Shown: piece by piece, positions 49,330 to 61,069 of the stretch
How positions within the stretch are numbered: the first letter of the stretch is position 1
Layout of the letters: each line of letters starts with the position of its first letter
Source of the DNA: Patescibacteria group bacterium
GTDB taxonomy: Bacteria; Patescibacteriota; Microgenomatia; 2-02-FULL-39-11
Assembly (NCBI GenBank): GCA_023379265.1
Contig: JAMCUI010000012.1
Span: 27,936 to 91,935, forward strand
Direction of reading: 5' to 3'
Length of the DNA: 64,000 nt
Program-made: the position numbers and the translations under genes
The notes under the pieces: model-generated
The model's input: only the letters and a program-made list of their open reading frames with translations
The model's database searches: none
Told to the model about the DNA's origin: nothing

Positions 49330-50321
49330 AAGCCTTTGTCCTGAAGTCGTACTCTTCTAAACCACAACTTTCCAATATTCCTATCCCCACACCAACAAGA
49401 GATGAAGTTCTGGTAAAAGTGGCCTATTGCGGGGTAAATCAAGCCGATCTTAAAATATTTTCCCAAAACTACGGTAACAGCATTTCCTTTCCGCTTACCA
49501 TGGGATCGGAAATTGTAGGAACGCTAAATGGAGAAAAGAGGGTCGCTATCCATCCCTACTTTGCCTGTGGTAAATGCACTTATTGCCAAAAAGGAGCATC
49601 GATATTTTGTAAGACTCCCTGGAAACTTTTTGGGGTGCACAAAAATGGCGGATACGCACAGTATGTGGCAGTACCCAAAAAATCCATCATTCCCATCCCT
49701 TCATCTCTATCTTTTCCAGACGCCTGTGCTCTTACCCTTTCTGCCGGAACCGCATTTAGAATGGTAACGGTTTTGGCAGATATAAAAAAGGGTGACTGGG
49801 TTGCAGTCACTGCTGCCGCAAGCGGCGTAGGCATTTATTCTACCCAACTGGCAAAATATATGGGGGGAAATGTCATCGTTCTTGCAGGAGACGATAAAAA
49901 GTTGGGAGTGTTGAAAAGTTTCGGGATAAAGCATCTTATCAACTACCAATCTGCAAATTTTCAGGCAAAAATTATGGATATCACTGGAGATCATGGCATT
50001 GATACCCTTATTGATACAGTAGGAGGAGTACTTTTTGAATCACTTCTGCCTCTTGTCTCCAAAGAAGGGACAACTGTTTTCTGTGGCGCCACAGCCGGAA
50101 AAGACATCAGAATAAACATGGCTGATATGTATTACCGGCAAAAAAAACTTATCGGATCTTCAGGCTTTACCTCTGCCGAACTGAGAAATATATTCCATCT
50201 CGTTGTAAAAAATAAAGTAAAACCTGTTATCGATTCAATCTTTCCTATTGAAGAATTACCCAAGGCTTGGGACAGACTCCGTAAACGACAGGTATTCGGC
50301 AAGATTCTAATTAAAATTTAA
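49326..50321 (+). CDS. Zinc-binding MDR-family dehydrogenase / quinone reductase-like protein
   Basis: CGVNQAD, CGKC.YC..C structural zinc, AASGVG, GKIL. Confidence 0.85.
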   Translation: MKAFVLKSYSSKPQLSNIPIPTPTRDEVLVKVAYCGVNQADLKIFSQNYGNSISFPLTMGSEIVGTLNGEKRVAIHPYFACGKCTYCQKGASIFCKTPWKLFGVHKNGGYAQYVAVPKKSIIPIPSSLSFPDACALTLSAGTAFRMVTVLADIKKGDWVAVTAAASGVGIYSTQLAKYMGGNVIVLAGDDKKLGVLKSFGIKHLINYQSANFQAKIMDITGDHGIDTLIDTVGGVLFESLLPLVSKEGTTVFCGATAGKDIRINMADMYYRQKKLIGSSGFTSAELRNIFHLVVKNKVKPVIDSIFPIEELPKAWDRLRKRQVFGKILIKI

Positions 50322-50335
50322 TTATCTTTTTTCCA

Positions 50336-51145
50336 ATGTTTATTGATACCCACTCCCACCTGAATTTCAAGGCTTTCAAAAAAGACATAGATGCCGTCAT
50401 AAAAAATGCGGCAGACTCAGGGGTCGGAAAAATTGTTATCCCCGGTGCAAAAATAAATTCCAGTGCCCGGGCGGTTGAGATTTCACACCAATATAGTCAA
50501 TGTTACGCTGCTGTTGGCATCCATCCTCACCATGTGTCAGAGTTTGAAATTCTTGGCAAAGAAACGGTAGCAAGTAGACTGGCAAAACTTACCAAAGATA
50601 AAAAGACTGTGGCAATTGGGGAAATAGGCATTGATTACTATCACTACAAAAACTATCCGCCCCTCTCAGAAGAAAACAAAAAATCACAAACAGAGCTTTT
50701 TTTACTCCAGCTTAATATAGCCATGGAGTCAAAGCTTCCAGTCATCATCCATTGCCGGCAGGCCCATGACGATCTTTTTTCTATTTTGGACAACTATATG
50801 GAAAAAGGCAAACATAATTTGCGTGGAGTATTTCACTGTTTTGGTGGCGACAAAAAACACCTGGAAAAAGCCTTGTCATACAATTACTTTTATATCGGTT
50901 TTGACGGCAATATTACCTATGAAGAAAACAGAATATTACAACAACTGGTCGGTTTGACGCCTTTGGACCGGTTATTCCTTGAGACAGACGCACCTTTTCT
51001 AACTCCGATACCACTAAGAGGAAAAAGGAATGAACCGGCATATATTACTTATACGGCGGATTTTGTGGCTAAAATTCATCATAAGGATACAGCAGAAATC
51101 GCCCGAATTTCCTCGGAAAACGCCCTGAGATTATTTAAGTTTTAG
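50336..51145 (+). CDS. tatD: TatD family hydrolase
   Basis: DTHSHL, GIHP, IGEIGID, IHCR, FHCF, ETDAP. Confidence 0.93.
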   Translation: MFIDTHSHLNFKAFKKDIDAVIKNAADSGVGKIVIPGAKINSSARAVEISHQYSQCYAAVGIHPHHVSEFEILGKETVASRLAKLTKDKKTVAIGEIGIDYYHYKNYPPLSEENKKSQTELFLLQLNIAMESKLPVIIHCRQAHDDLFSILDNYMEKGKHNLRGVFHCFGGDKKHLEKALSYNYFYIGFDGNITYEENRILQQLVGLTPLDRLFLETDAPFLTPIPLRGKRNEPAYITYTADFVAKIHHKDTAEIARISSENALRLFKF

Positions 51146-51174
51146 CCGCGGTTATGCTAAAATAGCTCCACATT

Positions 51175-52659
51175 ATGGAAAGAATCTATACCGCAAACTC
51201 CCGTTCTTTCACAAGATTGTTTGAGATCATTCTTCCCGTCACAACCTGGCTTATCATCACGCTGCCCATTTGGCTTTCTCCTTTCCACCCGGCAATAGTA
51301 GCTTATTTTATACTCACTTTTGATGTCTATTTCTTCTATAAATCCCTATCAACAGCTGTCTTTTCGACCAAATCCTATTTGAGGCTGCAACATTTATCAA
51401 AACTAGACTGGTCCAAGATGGCTAAAAAAATGGCCGGCTACAACAAGATGTACCATGCAGTCATTATACCCAATTATATGGAAAAAGTAGAAAAAATCAG
51501 GTTGACACTGGATTATCTTAAAAACCAGGATTTCCCCACAAATAGGATTATTATCCTTTTGGCCATGGAAGAAAGGGAAGGTAAAATGGCCAAGGAAAGG
51601 GCAAAACAGATTTTGAAAGAGTATAAGAACTCTTTCTACCGCATAGAGGTTACTTTCCATCCAGATCTAACTGGCGAACTGAAAGGAAAAGCCAGCAATT
51701 CAGCCTGGGCAGCAAAACATCTGAGCAGAATGGTAAGGAAAATGGGTATCGATACACAATATGTCACAGTCACTTCATGTGATGCCGACTCACTCCTGCC
51801 GCAAAAATACTTTTCATATCTTACATATCAGTTCCTCTCTGATCCCGACCGTTACTACCATTTTTATTGGGCGCCAGTACTTCTCTATAGCAATTTCTGG
51901 GAAGTACCGCTTCCAATTAGGCTTCAGGCAACTGTATCCAGTATCGTAAGGCTTGCTGGAATATCAAAACCTGATTCACTTATCCAGATCTCTACTTATT
52001 CACTCTCATTATCCATGCTGGAAAAGATAGGCTATTGGGATACTGATATAGTACCAGAAGATTGGCATATATTTCTCCAGGCTTTCTTTTCTTTAGGAGA
52101 GAAAGTCAAAACAATCCCGATCCATCTTGTTATCTCCCGAGATGCGGTAAACGGCACATCCCTTTTGGGCACTTTCAAGTCAAGGTATGAACAGGAAAAA
52201 CGCTGGGCTTGGGGGGTGACTGATGTACCCTATGCTCTTAATAAATTCTTTTCTGACAATAAATTGCCTTTCCTGACCAAATTCTTCCGTTTATTCTATG
52301 TGGTTGAATCCCATCTTTTTTGGCCCACTTCATTTTTCCTCTTGACACTCGGAGCTTCCATTCCTGCTCTTGTCAATCCGGCTTTCAGTCGAACATCACT
52401 GGGATACAATCTGCCTAAAATGTCTGGTCTTATACTGACAGTATCAATGGTTTTTGTCATCGTACTTATATTTATTGATACAAAGTCCAGGCCAAAACGG
52501 CCTTCCTCCTATTCTGTAGCCAAAACGCCACTTCTTATCTTTCAGTGGATTCTGCTTCCGGCCATCTCATTTTTCTTTTCTTCACTTCCGGCTCTTGAAG
52601 CACATACCAGACTACTTTTGGGTAAAAGATTAGAGTATAAGGTAACAGAAAAAATATAA
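51175..52659 (+). CDS. Membrane GT2-family glycosyltransferase
   Basis: IIPNY.E, GKA.N, CDAD, PEDWH, QEKRW; flanking TMs. Confidence 0.85.
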   Translation: MERIYTANSRSFTRLFEIILPVTTWLIITLPIWLSPFHPAIVAYFILTFDVYFFYKSLSTAVFSTKSYLRLQHLSKLDWSKMAKKMAGYNKMYHAVIIPNYMEKVEKIRLTLDYLKNQDFPTNRIIILLAMEEREGKMAKERAKQILKEYKNSFYRIEVTFHPDLTGELKGKASNSAWAAKHLSRMVRKMGIDTQYVTVTSCDADSLLPQKYFSYLTYQFLSDPDRYYHFYWAPVLLYSNFWEVPLPIRLQATVSSIVRLAGISKPDSLIQISTYSLSLSMLEKIGYWDTDIVPEDWHIFLQAFFSLGEKVKTIPIHLVISRDAVNGTSLLGTFKSRYEQEKRWAWGVTDVPYALNKFFSDNKLPFLTKFFRLFYVVESHLFWPTSFFLLTLGASIPALVNPAFSRTSLGYNLPKMSGLILTVSMVFVIVLIFIDTKSRPKRPSSYSVAKTPLLIFQWILLPAISFFFSSLPALEAHTRLLLGKRLEYKVTEKI

Positions 52660-53940
52660 ATGCTGAACTTCCTTTTTTATCATACGCCGGTATTCTACCT
52701 CATCCAATCTATCTGGCGGGATGAAGCCTTCTCTTACTATATGGCCAAACCTGATATATTTCATGTAATTGCTAATACTGCCAACGATTTTAATCCGCCT
52801 CTTTACTATCTCCTACTTCACTTCTGGATTTTTATCGCCGGCAAGTCAGACGAATTCTTGCGTATACTCTCCTTTATCCCTTTCATACTTACTGTTTATT
52901 TTGCCTATCTTTTTGCCCGCAGAGCATTTTCCAAGAAATTCGCTTTTTTTGTTGCAACTTTCACACTTTTAAACCCCATGCTTTTGGTCTATAGTTTCGA
53001 GATAAGAATGTATTCCCTCTACGCTTTTTTTGCCATGGTCTCAGCATACTGCCTTTTGCGCAAAAATTGGAAATGGTATGCGGTAGCGAGTGTCCTTGGG
53101 CTTTACTCACATTCCTTTTTTGCCATGATACCCGTCTCCTATGTCTTTTACTATTTCCTTATCAAACGTCTGAATAAAAAGACTCTTTGGTACCTCTTAA
53201 ACCCATTTCTTTTTTTCCTTCCCTGGCTGCCGGTTCTGACGGTGCAATTTCTTCACTCAGGCAACTCATGGATTTTCCCTGTAGATCTGCAACTTATAAA
53301 TTCAGTTTTGGGAAATCTGCTTACTTCTTATGAAGGTACCCCCGGCCACCTCTGGGCCTACACCGCCATTCTCTCAGGCATTATGCTCATCTTTTTCCTT
53401 GTCGGACTTATAAGAGACAAGAAAAAATCCCTTCTTGCCCTGACACCGATTTTTTTTACACTCATCCCGGTATTGGGTTTTTCTATCATTAAACGTCCGA
53501 TATATGTCAATCGCTATATGATCTTTATTACTGTCTTTGAAATATTGGGCATCTCGTACGGCGTTTGGAATATCAAAAACAAAATGCTTAAAAATGCCTC
53601 TATGGCTTTCTGGCTTATACTGGTTTTAGGAGTAAATCTTTACCTGCCGCCATACCACTCCAAAACGGACTTTAAGACAGCATTTAGGGAAATAAACAAG
53701 ATTGCTAGCACAAATGATTATGTCTACTCAAAGACTCCAATAGGTTTTCTAGAATCAGCCTACTATTTCAAAAATGACGGGAAAGTCTTCGTCTACAATC
53801 CCAATCACATTTCCATACCATACTATATAGGCGTCAATGTGGTTTTTCCCAACGCCTCAAAAACTACATTCCCTCCCTACCCGGCTCGAACTTTTCTGGT
53901 AAACGACGACGCATCATACGAAATGGTCATCAATAGATAA
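52660..53940 (+). CDS. GT-C glycosyltransferase (PMT/GT39-like)
   Basis: SIWRDEA, PPLYYLLLH, EIRMY; multi-TM. Confidence 0.82.
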   Translation: MLNFLFYHTPVFYLIQSIWRDEAFSYYMAKPDIFHVIANTANDFNPPLYYLLLHFWIFIAGKSDEFLRILSFIPFILTVYFAYLFARRAFSKKFAFFVATFTLLNPMLLVYSFEIRMYSLYAFFAMVSAYCLLRKNWKWYAVASVLGLYSHSFFAMIPVSYVFYYFLIKRLNKKTLWYLLNPFLFFLPWLPVLTVQFLHSGNSWIFPVDLQLINSVLGNLLTSYEGTPGHLWAYTAILSGIMLIFFLVGLIRDKKKSLLALTPIFFTLIPVLGFSIIKRPIYVNRYMIFITVFEILGISYGVWNIKNKMLKNASMAFWLILVLGVNLYLPPYHSKTDFKTAFREINKIASTNDYVYSKTPIGFLESAYYFKNDGKVFVYNPNHISIPYYIGVNVVFPNASKTTFPPYPARTFLVNDDASYEMVINR

Positions 53941-53992
53941 TATAAGTTAGAAAATAATTAGTAATTAACAATAAGAGCAAAATGCTTCCAAA

Positions 53993-54379
53993 ATGATTAA
54001 ACCGAAAATAAACATATTCAAAAAAATGCAGCCGGATATATCAGGTACACTTTCTGATCCTTTCATAAGCCGAGCGACAAAAATTTTCCTTCTTATCATG
54101 GTCGCTTTTGCAATCCTTGCCATTTGGAAATGGAAACAGATGCCGCCGCAACTGCCTCTTTTTTACTCGTTACCCAGAAGTACAGATACATTGGGGACCA
54201 AACTGCAATTTTTCTCATTACCTCTTTTTTCACTTGTTATTTTTTCATTGAATACTTTTATTGCCTCTTTTTTTTATAAAAAAGACAAGCTTATATCAGC
54301 ACTCCTTGTGGGTGGGGCCTGCATCATTTCGTTTCTCTTTTTTATTACATATCTAAAAATATTGCTTTTGGTAGCCTGA
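53993..54379 (+). CDS. Membrane protein
   Basis: Three TMs; PPQLPLFYS. Confidence 0.7.
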   Translation: MIKPKINIFKKMQPDISGTLSDPFISRATKIFLLIMVAFAILAIWKWKQMPPQLPLFYSLPRSTDTLGTKLQFFSLPLFSLVIFSLNTFIASFFYKKDKLISALLVGGACIISFLFFITYLKILLLVA

Positions 54380-55465
54380 ATGACTGTCACAATTCTTTTA
54401 GTCATATTACTGTCTGCCGCTATTACTTATCTCTTTACTCCGCTTGTTGCAAAAATCGCCCAAAAATACAATCTTGTCGACAATCCCAAAAAAAGAATGC
54501 ATCCAGCCCACACCCATGAAGGAATCATTCCGCGAGCAGGAGGTACAGCTATATTTCTGGGCCTTTTCATACCGATCCTTCTTCTCTTTCCGGTGACAAA
54601 AACCATTATCGGTATATTTTTGGGAGCTTTAATACTGATCACTGTTGGAATCTGGGATGACGTAAAAGATAGATCACCTTACATCCGTTTTCTGGTAAAT
54701 TGCCTGGCGGCAGTCATCGCTATTGGCACCGGAGTAGGAATTGCCTATATCACTAATCCTCTCGGAGGGATTGTTCACCTTGATATTTACAAAATCACTT
54801 TCAACTTTTTTGGCTCTCACACAATTATTGTTCTTGCAGATATTTTTGCCCTTCTGTGGATAGTCTGGACTACTAATATTGTCGGCTGGTCAGGCGGTGT
54901 TGACGGTCAATTGCCCGGATTTGTCGCCATATCGGCATTTGTCATTGGGCTCCTATCGCTCCGTTTTATCCAAAATGATCCCAATCAGCTCCATGTCACC
55001 TATCTTTCTTTTGCCACAGCCGGAGCTTTCCTAGGTTTTTTACCCTGGAATTTCTACCCGCAGAAAATCATGCCCGGCTACAGCGGCAAGACTCTTGCCG
55101 GTTTTATGCTAGCAATCCTCTCAATTCTCTCCTATAGCAAACTGGGTACTTCCCTTCTTGTCCTTGTCGTTCCCATGACTGACGCGGCTTTCCTTTTTGT
55201 AAGACGAATCCTTTCCGGCCGCTCCCCAGTCTGGGCCACTTCAGGACACCTTCATCATCATCTTCTTTCCCTGGGATGGAGCAAGAGAAAAATTGCCGTC
55301 TTTTACTGGATCATATCCGCTGCTGCCGGACTGGCGGCACTACTTCTAAACAGCCGACACAAGCTCTATGCGGGGATACTCATCTTGGCGGGAGTGGCCG
55401 CATTCATACTCTGGATAAATTTCTTCAGGAAACTTCCGACACGGAAAGACATTGAGGATTTCTAA
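54380..55465 (+). CDS. Polyprenyl-phosphate GlcNAc-1-P transferase (WecA/TagO, MraY family)
   Basis: PRAGG, GIWDD, DG, LPWNFYP.KI, HLHH. Confidence 0.88.
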   Translation: MTVTILLVILLSAAITYLFTPLVAKIAQKYNLVDNPKKRMHPAHTHEGIIPRAGGTAIFLGLFIPILLLFPVTKTIIGIFLGALILITVGIWDDVKDRSPYIRFLVNCLAAVIAIGTGVGIAYITNPLGGIVHLDIYKITFNFFGSHTIIVLADIFALLWIVWTTNIVGWSGGVDGQLPGFVAISAFVIGLLSLRFIQNDPNQLHVTYLSFATAGAFLGFLPWNFYPQKIMPGYSGKTLAGFMLAILSILSYSKLGTSLLVLVVPMTDAAFLFVRRILSGRSPVWATSGHLHHHLLSLGWSKRKIAVFYWIISAAAGLAALLLNSRHKLYAGILILAGVAAFILWINFFRKLPTRKDIEDF

Positions 55466-55487
55466 ATAGTTTCAGCCTCATACCACA

Positions 55488-56006
55488 TCATTTACTTATT
55501 GCCATTAGTGCTTTAAGATATACATTCTTCACTCCACTGTTTTGTTCTTTTTTAAGAAACGCCTCGATTTTTGGTACCAGGTTTGTCCGTGAATTGAGAT
55601 TGTATCTTGCGATCTTTCCCAAAGCATACGCCGCACTCCAGCGCACAACCGTGCCTTTATCATTGGTATTTAAAAAAAGCTTATCTACGACCTTTCCTGC
55701 CTCCTTAGGATATTTGGCTGAAACATTGGCTATTATTCTGGCTGCCTCCCATCTTACTCTTGGAGAATCCTTATAATTGATAAAATCGGTAATAGTATTT
55801 AGCAATTTTTCTACAATAGCTGGATCATCTTTTGTCACGTATTCCAAGGATTCCATCAAAATTCCCTTTTCTGTTTTTGATCCCTTCTTCAATCCTTCTT
55901 TTATCTGTTCTATCAGTTTAGGATCTTTTTTTATCGCCGTGGCAATCTCCACCAATAACTGTTTACTATTCTTTTTAGATTTTCTGATCCCTTCAAGTAT
56001 ATTCAT
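55488..56006 (-). CDS. HEAT-repeat protein
   Basis: VRWEAA..I and VVRWSAAYALG helical repeats. Confidence 0.75.
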   Translation of the reverse strand: MNILEGIRKSKKNSKQLLVEIATAIKKDPKLIEQIKEGLKKGSKTEKGILMESLEYVTKDDPAIVEKLLNTITDFINYKDSPRVRWEAARIIANVSAKYPKEAGKVVDKLFLNTNDKGTVVRWSAAYALGKIARYNLNSRTNLVPKIEAFLKKEQNSGVKNVYLKALMAISK

Positions 56007-56018
56007 AGTCTATTAACA

Positions 56019-56291
56019 TTATGCTTTCCGCCATCTTTTTAGTGTTGGTATAAGTTTTTCCATCTGCTCTTTTGCCGCAACTTCAGGTGTACCAAATTTC
56101 ACCATAATCCCGACACATCCTGCAATCATCTGATTCATGGTTATTCCAGAATTGGTAAATGATCCGTCCTTGAAACAGTATGTGCAATACTCCTCATTTT
56201 TGCTCTTATCTGCATTTGTCCCGAAATCGCTGTCTATTTTCATCGGCATCCCACAGCTTTGGCAAGTAACAGGATAAAATTTTTGACTCAT
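56019..56291 (-). CDS. Putative zinc-ribbon protein
   Basis: CQSCGMP, YCTYC, PTLKRW; SD GAGGAGGTG. Confidence 0.85.
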   Translation of the reverse strand: MSQKFYPVTCQSCGMPMKIDSDFGTNADKSKNEEYCTYCFKDGSFTNSGITMNQMIAGCVGIMVKFGTPEVAAKEQMEKLIPTLKRWRKA

Positions 56292-56436
56292 AAATTCTCA
56301 CCTCCTCTAGAAACAGTTGGCGAATCAATAAGCATTACTGTTTCTTGAATCCACCTGAAGCCGCTCTTTGAGCCATATACAATATTATTGAAAAGGCGAA
56401 AAGTAAGGCTAGGCGGACATAATATGCAAATAAATA

Positions 56437-56664
56437 TTACTTTGAAAAATTGTCAAATACTTTTCCCAGCTTTCCCGATTTTATCAGGTTTATACCATCC
56501 TTATCCTTTCTTACAATAATCAGTAATCTCTCGCCAATATTTATCTTCAACTTCTTCCTTATAGCAACAGGCAGTGCTACCTGACCCTTGCTAGAAACAG
56601 TCACCCACCTGGCAAATTGGTTACCATCTGCCGGATCCTCCGATTTCAATTTCATATGAAGCAA
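56437..56664 (-). CDS. AbrB/MazE-family DNA-binding protein
   Basis: VSSKGQVALP..IRKKL.I..G. Confidence 0.82.
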   Translation of the reverse strand: MLHMKLKSEDPADGNQFARWVTVSSKGQVALPVAIRKKLKINIGERLLIIVRKDKDGINLIKSGKLGKVFDNFSK

Positions 56665-56765
56665 TATTAATGAGAGTAATGTGGGAAGTCAATGGGATAA
56701 AACAAGAAATTTCTTACTTTTTATTAAAAAAGGTTTAATCTATAAATTTTACGAAATTGTGCAGT

Positions 56766-56872
56766 CTACTGTTTCCTGGTGTACTGGCCGGAGATCCGGA
56801 AAAATTCGAAAGATAAAGAGTGTTTGGAAGATAAAAAACTCTATTGTTTGGTAGCGTACTGGCCGGAGATCC
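56766..56872. repeat. Diverged 32-nt echo of the PEGA gene 3' end
   Basis: 56766-56797 versus 56841-56872, 27/32 identical; both end at TAG on the minus strand. Confidence 0.8.
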
Positions 56873-57704
56873 AACCTTCTTTTCCTGTATCGTAGGTTAT
56901 CTTATACCAACCGTTCTGTTCATCCGTATATGTATACTTGTCTCCAGGCTTTACCTGGGCGGCTTCTGTTGCTGAGACGCTTGGAGCCATACGTACTCTC
57001 AGAAATCCTGTCGGAGTATCTTTTATTACCACATAAGGACCATTACCAGCAGCCGTGTTGCTAGTTGATGATGTAGTTGTACCACTACCTGCTCCCGGAG
57101 TCGCAGTTGCACTTTCTGAGGCTGACCCACCCTCATTTTGCAGAGCAAGTTGGAAATTGGCTACCAGTTTAAAACCTTTAGTCAGTTCCACCCTGAGAGT
57201 CCGGTTGACAAAACCAGGAGAAGATATCGACACGTCATGTTCACCAGCCACCATATCTTTCAGGAGAAGTGGTGCCGCACCTTTCTCTTGCCCGTCAACT
57301 ATCACTGCGGCCGCATCAGGCTGGGCGATAACGGATAGCTGTGCGTCTCCTGCCGGATTTTTCTCCAAAGTAAGTATTTCTCCAGCGCTTGTCAGTTCAC
57401 TCGGTCCCAATGTCCTATCTACATAAGTCAGAAGTGAAGGGTTGAGAGTAACCTTTCCTTGCCAGGATGTGACTTGTGATGATGAATCTTGGGGTATGAG
57501 CTTCAGGACATAATCTCCTGATTTGTAATTGGTGTCGAATGGAGTTTTACCCATTAGCTTATCGTTAAGAAAAACATTGGCTGTAGGTGTAGCGGTTACT
57601 TTGAGTCCTGCATTACTTGAGGCCCCAGCAAAGACGAATGCATAAAGAGCGTAACCAAGTACTGCAAGAAGCAGGACTACAATAATTATCGCCCTTTTAT
57701 TCAT
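56841..57704 (-). CDS. PEGA-domain protein with a C-terminal SH3b-like domain
   Basis: Likely start is ATG 57704 (MNKRAIII, TM). Two PEGA repeats (P.A.V..G...G.TP); LRVR..PS and GWYKI..GWIS. Confidence 0.85.
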   Translation of the reverse strand: MNKRAIIIVVLLLAVLGYALYAFVFAGASSNAGLKVTATPTANVFLNDKLMGKTPFDTNYKSGDYVLKLIPQDSSSQVTSWQGKVTLNPSLLTYVDRTLGPSELTSAGEILTLEKNPAGDAQLSVIAQPDAAAVIVDGQEKGAAPLLLKDMVAGEHDVSISSPGFVNRTLRVELTKGFKLVANFQLALQNEGGSASESATATPGAGSGTTTSSTSNTAAGNGPYVVIKDTPTGFLRVRMAPSVSATEAAQVKPGDKYTYTDEQNGWYKITYDTGKEGWISGQYATKQ

Positions 57705-57802
57705 ATGTCTTATATTATCAAGAGTCTGCCATTTTTTCAAGGAAGGTAAAATGCAAACTTGAGGCTAAATAAGCCTGAAGCCAAACCGGGAGTCTTCACA
57801 TA

Positions 57803-57829
57803 TTAGCACTCTATACGCTTGATTGCCAA
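57803..57829. promoter_or_regulatory. CIRCE-like operator downstream of groEL
   Basis: TTAGCACTC-N9-GATTGCCAA, two mismatches to consensus. Confidence 0.7.
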
Positions 57830-57947
57830 TAAGATGGAATCCTTTCAATCTACCCGGATTTTCACCCAAAGCCCCGATTTCTCCAACTGCCAAGGTTAAA
57901 AAGATAGCAAAATGGTAAATAAGAGTGACAAAATTGATATCTAAAAC

Positions 57948-57981
57948 AAAAAGCTCCGCGTCAGGCGCGGAGCTTTTTTTT
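57948..57981. terminator. Bidirectional-type terminator after groEL
   Basis: AAAAAGCTCCGCG-TCAGG-CGCGGAGCTTTTT. Confidence 0.88.
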
Positions 57982-58041
57982 AATTAAGAAATTCAATTTT
58001 TATATTCTTCAATTCTTGATTATCAATTATTATATTGATAA

Positions 58042-59700
<1,659 letters not shown>

Positions 59701-59794
59701 TTAAGAAAAATTTATAATTTTGAGTAATTACAATTTCTTAAGCTTACCACTTTAAAATCTTCTTCCTCTATATTGGGCAAGTTTGAGGCAAGTT

Positions 59795-60097
59795 TTACTC
59801 TACTACCGCCAATATATCTTTTTGTTCAACTAAAAGCCATTCCTCATTGCCCACTTTGACTTCATTTCCGCCCCATTTCTTGTACATCACTTTCTGTCCT
59901 ACCTTTACCATTATTACTGTTTTTTTGCCTTCATTATCCACTCCGCCAAGACCCACCGCCATAATCTGACCTATCTGGGGTTTCTCCTTGGCTGTCTCGG
60001 GTAATACTATTCCTGAGGGTGTTTTCGTCTCTTCCTCAAGAGGTTTGACTAGAACATAGTCAAAAAGCGGCTTTATAGATTTTGCATTAATAGACAT
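59795..60097 (-). CDS. groS: Co-chaperonin GroES
   Basis: IKPLFD.VLV, SGIVLP.TAKEKP, DILA. Confidence 0.97.
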   Translation of the reverse strand: MSINAKSIKPLFDYVLVKPLEEETKTPSGIVLPETAKEKPQIGQIMAVGLGGVDNEGKKTVIMVKVGQKVMYKKWGGNEVKVGNEEWLLVEQKDILAVVE

Positions 60098-60119
60098 ATT
60101 TACCTCCTTTTTTAAAAAT

Positions 60120-60146
60120 TTAGCACTTAATTCAAGTGACTGCTAT
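60120..60146. promoter_or_regulatory. CIRCE operator upstream of groES
   Basis: TTAGCACTT-N9-GACTGCTAT; minus-strand TTGACA at 60173-60168. Confidence 0.85.
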
Positions 60147-60463
60147 TTTAATTAATGAAAAAAAACTTGTCAAGAGGTAGATTGATCTTATTCTGATTAT
60201 TAGTTACCAACCTACTTGCTAGACAGGTTGATTATTAGATGCTAATCAGTATTTGTTCTGTTTGTGATATATAAGGATGAGAAATACATCTAGAATAAAA
60301 AGTGAAGCATACAGAAATTTTTGAAGATCGCATACGGAATGTCTACTCCAACCAAATGACACACTATTAAGACCAACCATCCTTGCGAGCTAAAATTTTA
60401 TCGCGTGCTTTGAACTGTAGAAACAGTAAATATATATTTTATATATAATAAATGTAAGAATAT

Positions 60464-61057
60464 ATGCCTTCACAGAAAACGCCCGTTGCCATAATTGCTA
60501 TAATTACTCTGATTGTGGCTGTGATTTTTACACTGTCTCAAAAAAATCAAAATAAAAAAAACATGCTGGTAGGAAAAAATCCTGAAATTTCTGTAAACAT
60601 AAAAACACGAAACCAAAATATGGTACTAAAAAGCTCTGCATTTTCAGATAACCAAATTATCCCTGCAGCCTACACCTGCGACGGAAAAAATGTCAGTCCT
60701 CCTCTAACTATTGCTGAAGTTCCCGCCGAAGCCAAAAGCCTTGCTCTTATCGTTGAGGATTCAGATGCACCTGCGGGCATCTGGTATCATTGGCTCGTCT
60801 GGAATATCAATCCTGCCGCTAAAGAGATTACACAAGAAACTACAATTCATGGAACAGTTGAGGGCACTAACAGTTTCGGTAAGATTGGCTACGGCGGGCC
60901 GTGTCCCCCATCCGGCACTCACCACTATATATTTACTCTTTATGCTTTGGATTCGAACATCTCCCTTCCGCCTTCAACCACAGCCAACAAGCTGAAAGAA
61001 GCTATAGATAACCATATCATTGCCCAAACATCACTCACCGGACTATATCACCACTAA
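60464..61057 (+). CDS. YbhB/YbcL (PEBP) family protein
   Basis: YTCDG.NVSPPL, D.DAP, HW.VWNI, YGGPCPP.G.H.Y.F.LYALD. Confidence 0.92.
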   Translation: MPSQKTPVAIIAIITLIVAVIFTLSQKNQNKKNMLVGKNPEISVNIKTRNQNMVLKSSAFSDNQIIPAAYTCDGKNVSPPLTIAEVPAEAKSLALIVEDSDAPAGIWYHWLVWNINPAAKEITQETTIHGTVEGTNSFGKIGYGGPCPPSGTHHYIFTLYALDSNISLPPSTTANKLKEAIDNHIIAQTSLTGLYHH

Positions 61058-61069
61058 AATAGTCCCTAG

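Noticed and set aside
56019-56664. Toxin-antitoxin pair around the AbrB/MazE-like gene
   Set aside because: No PIN, MazF or other toxin motif in the neighbouring ORFs.
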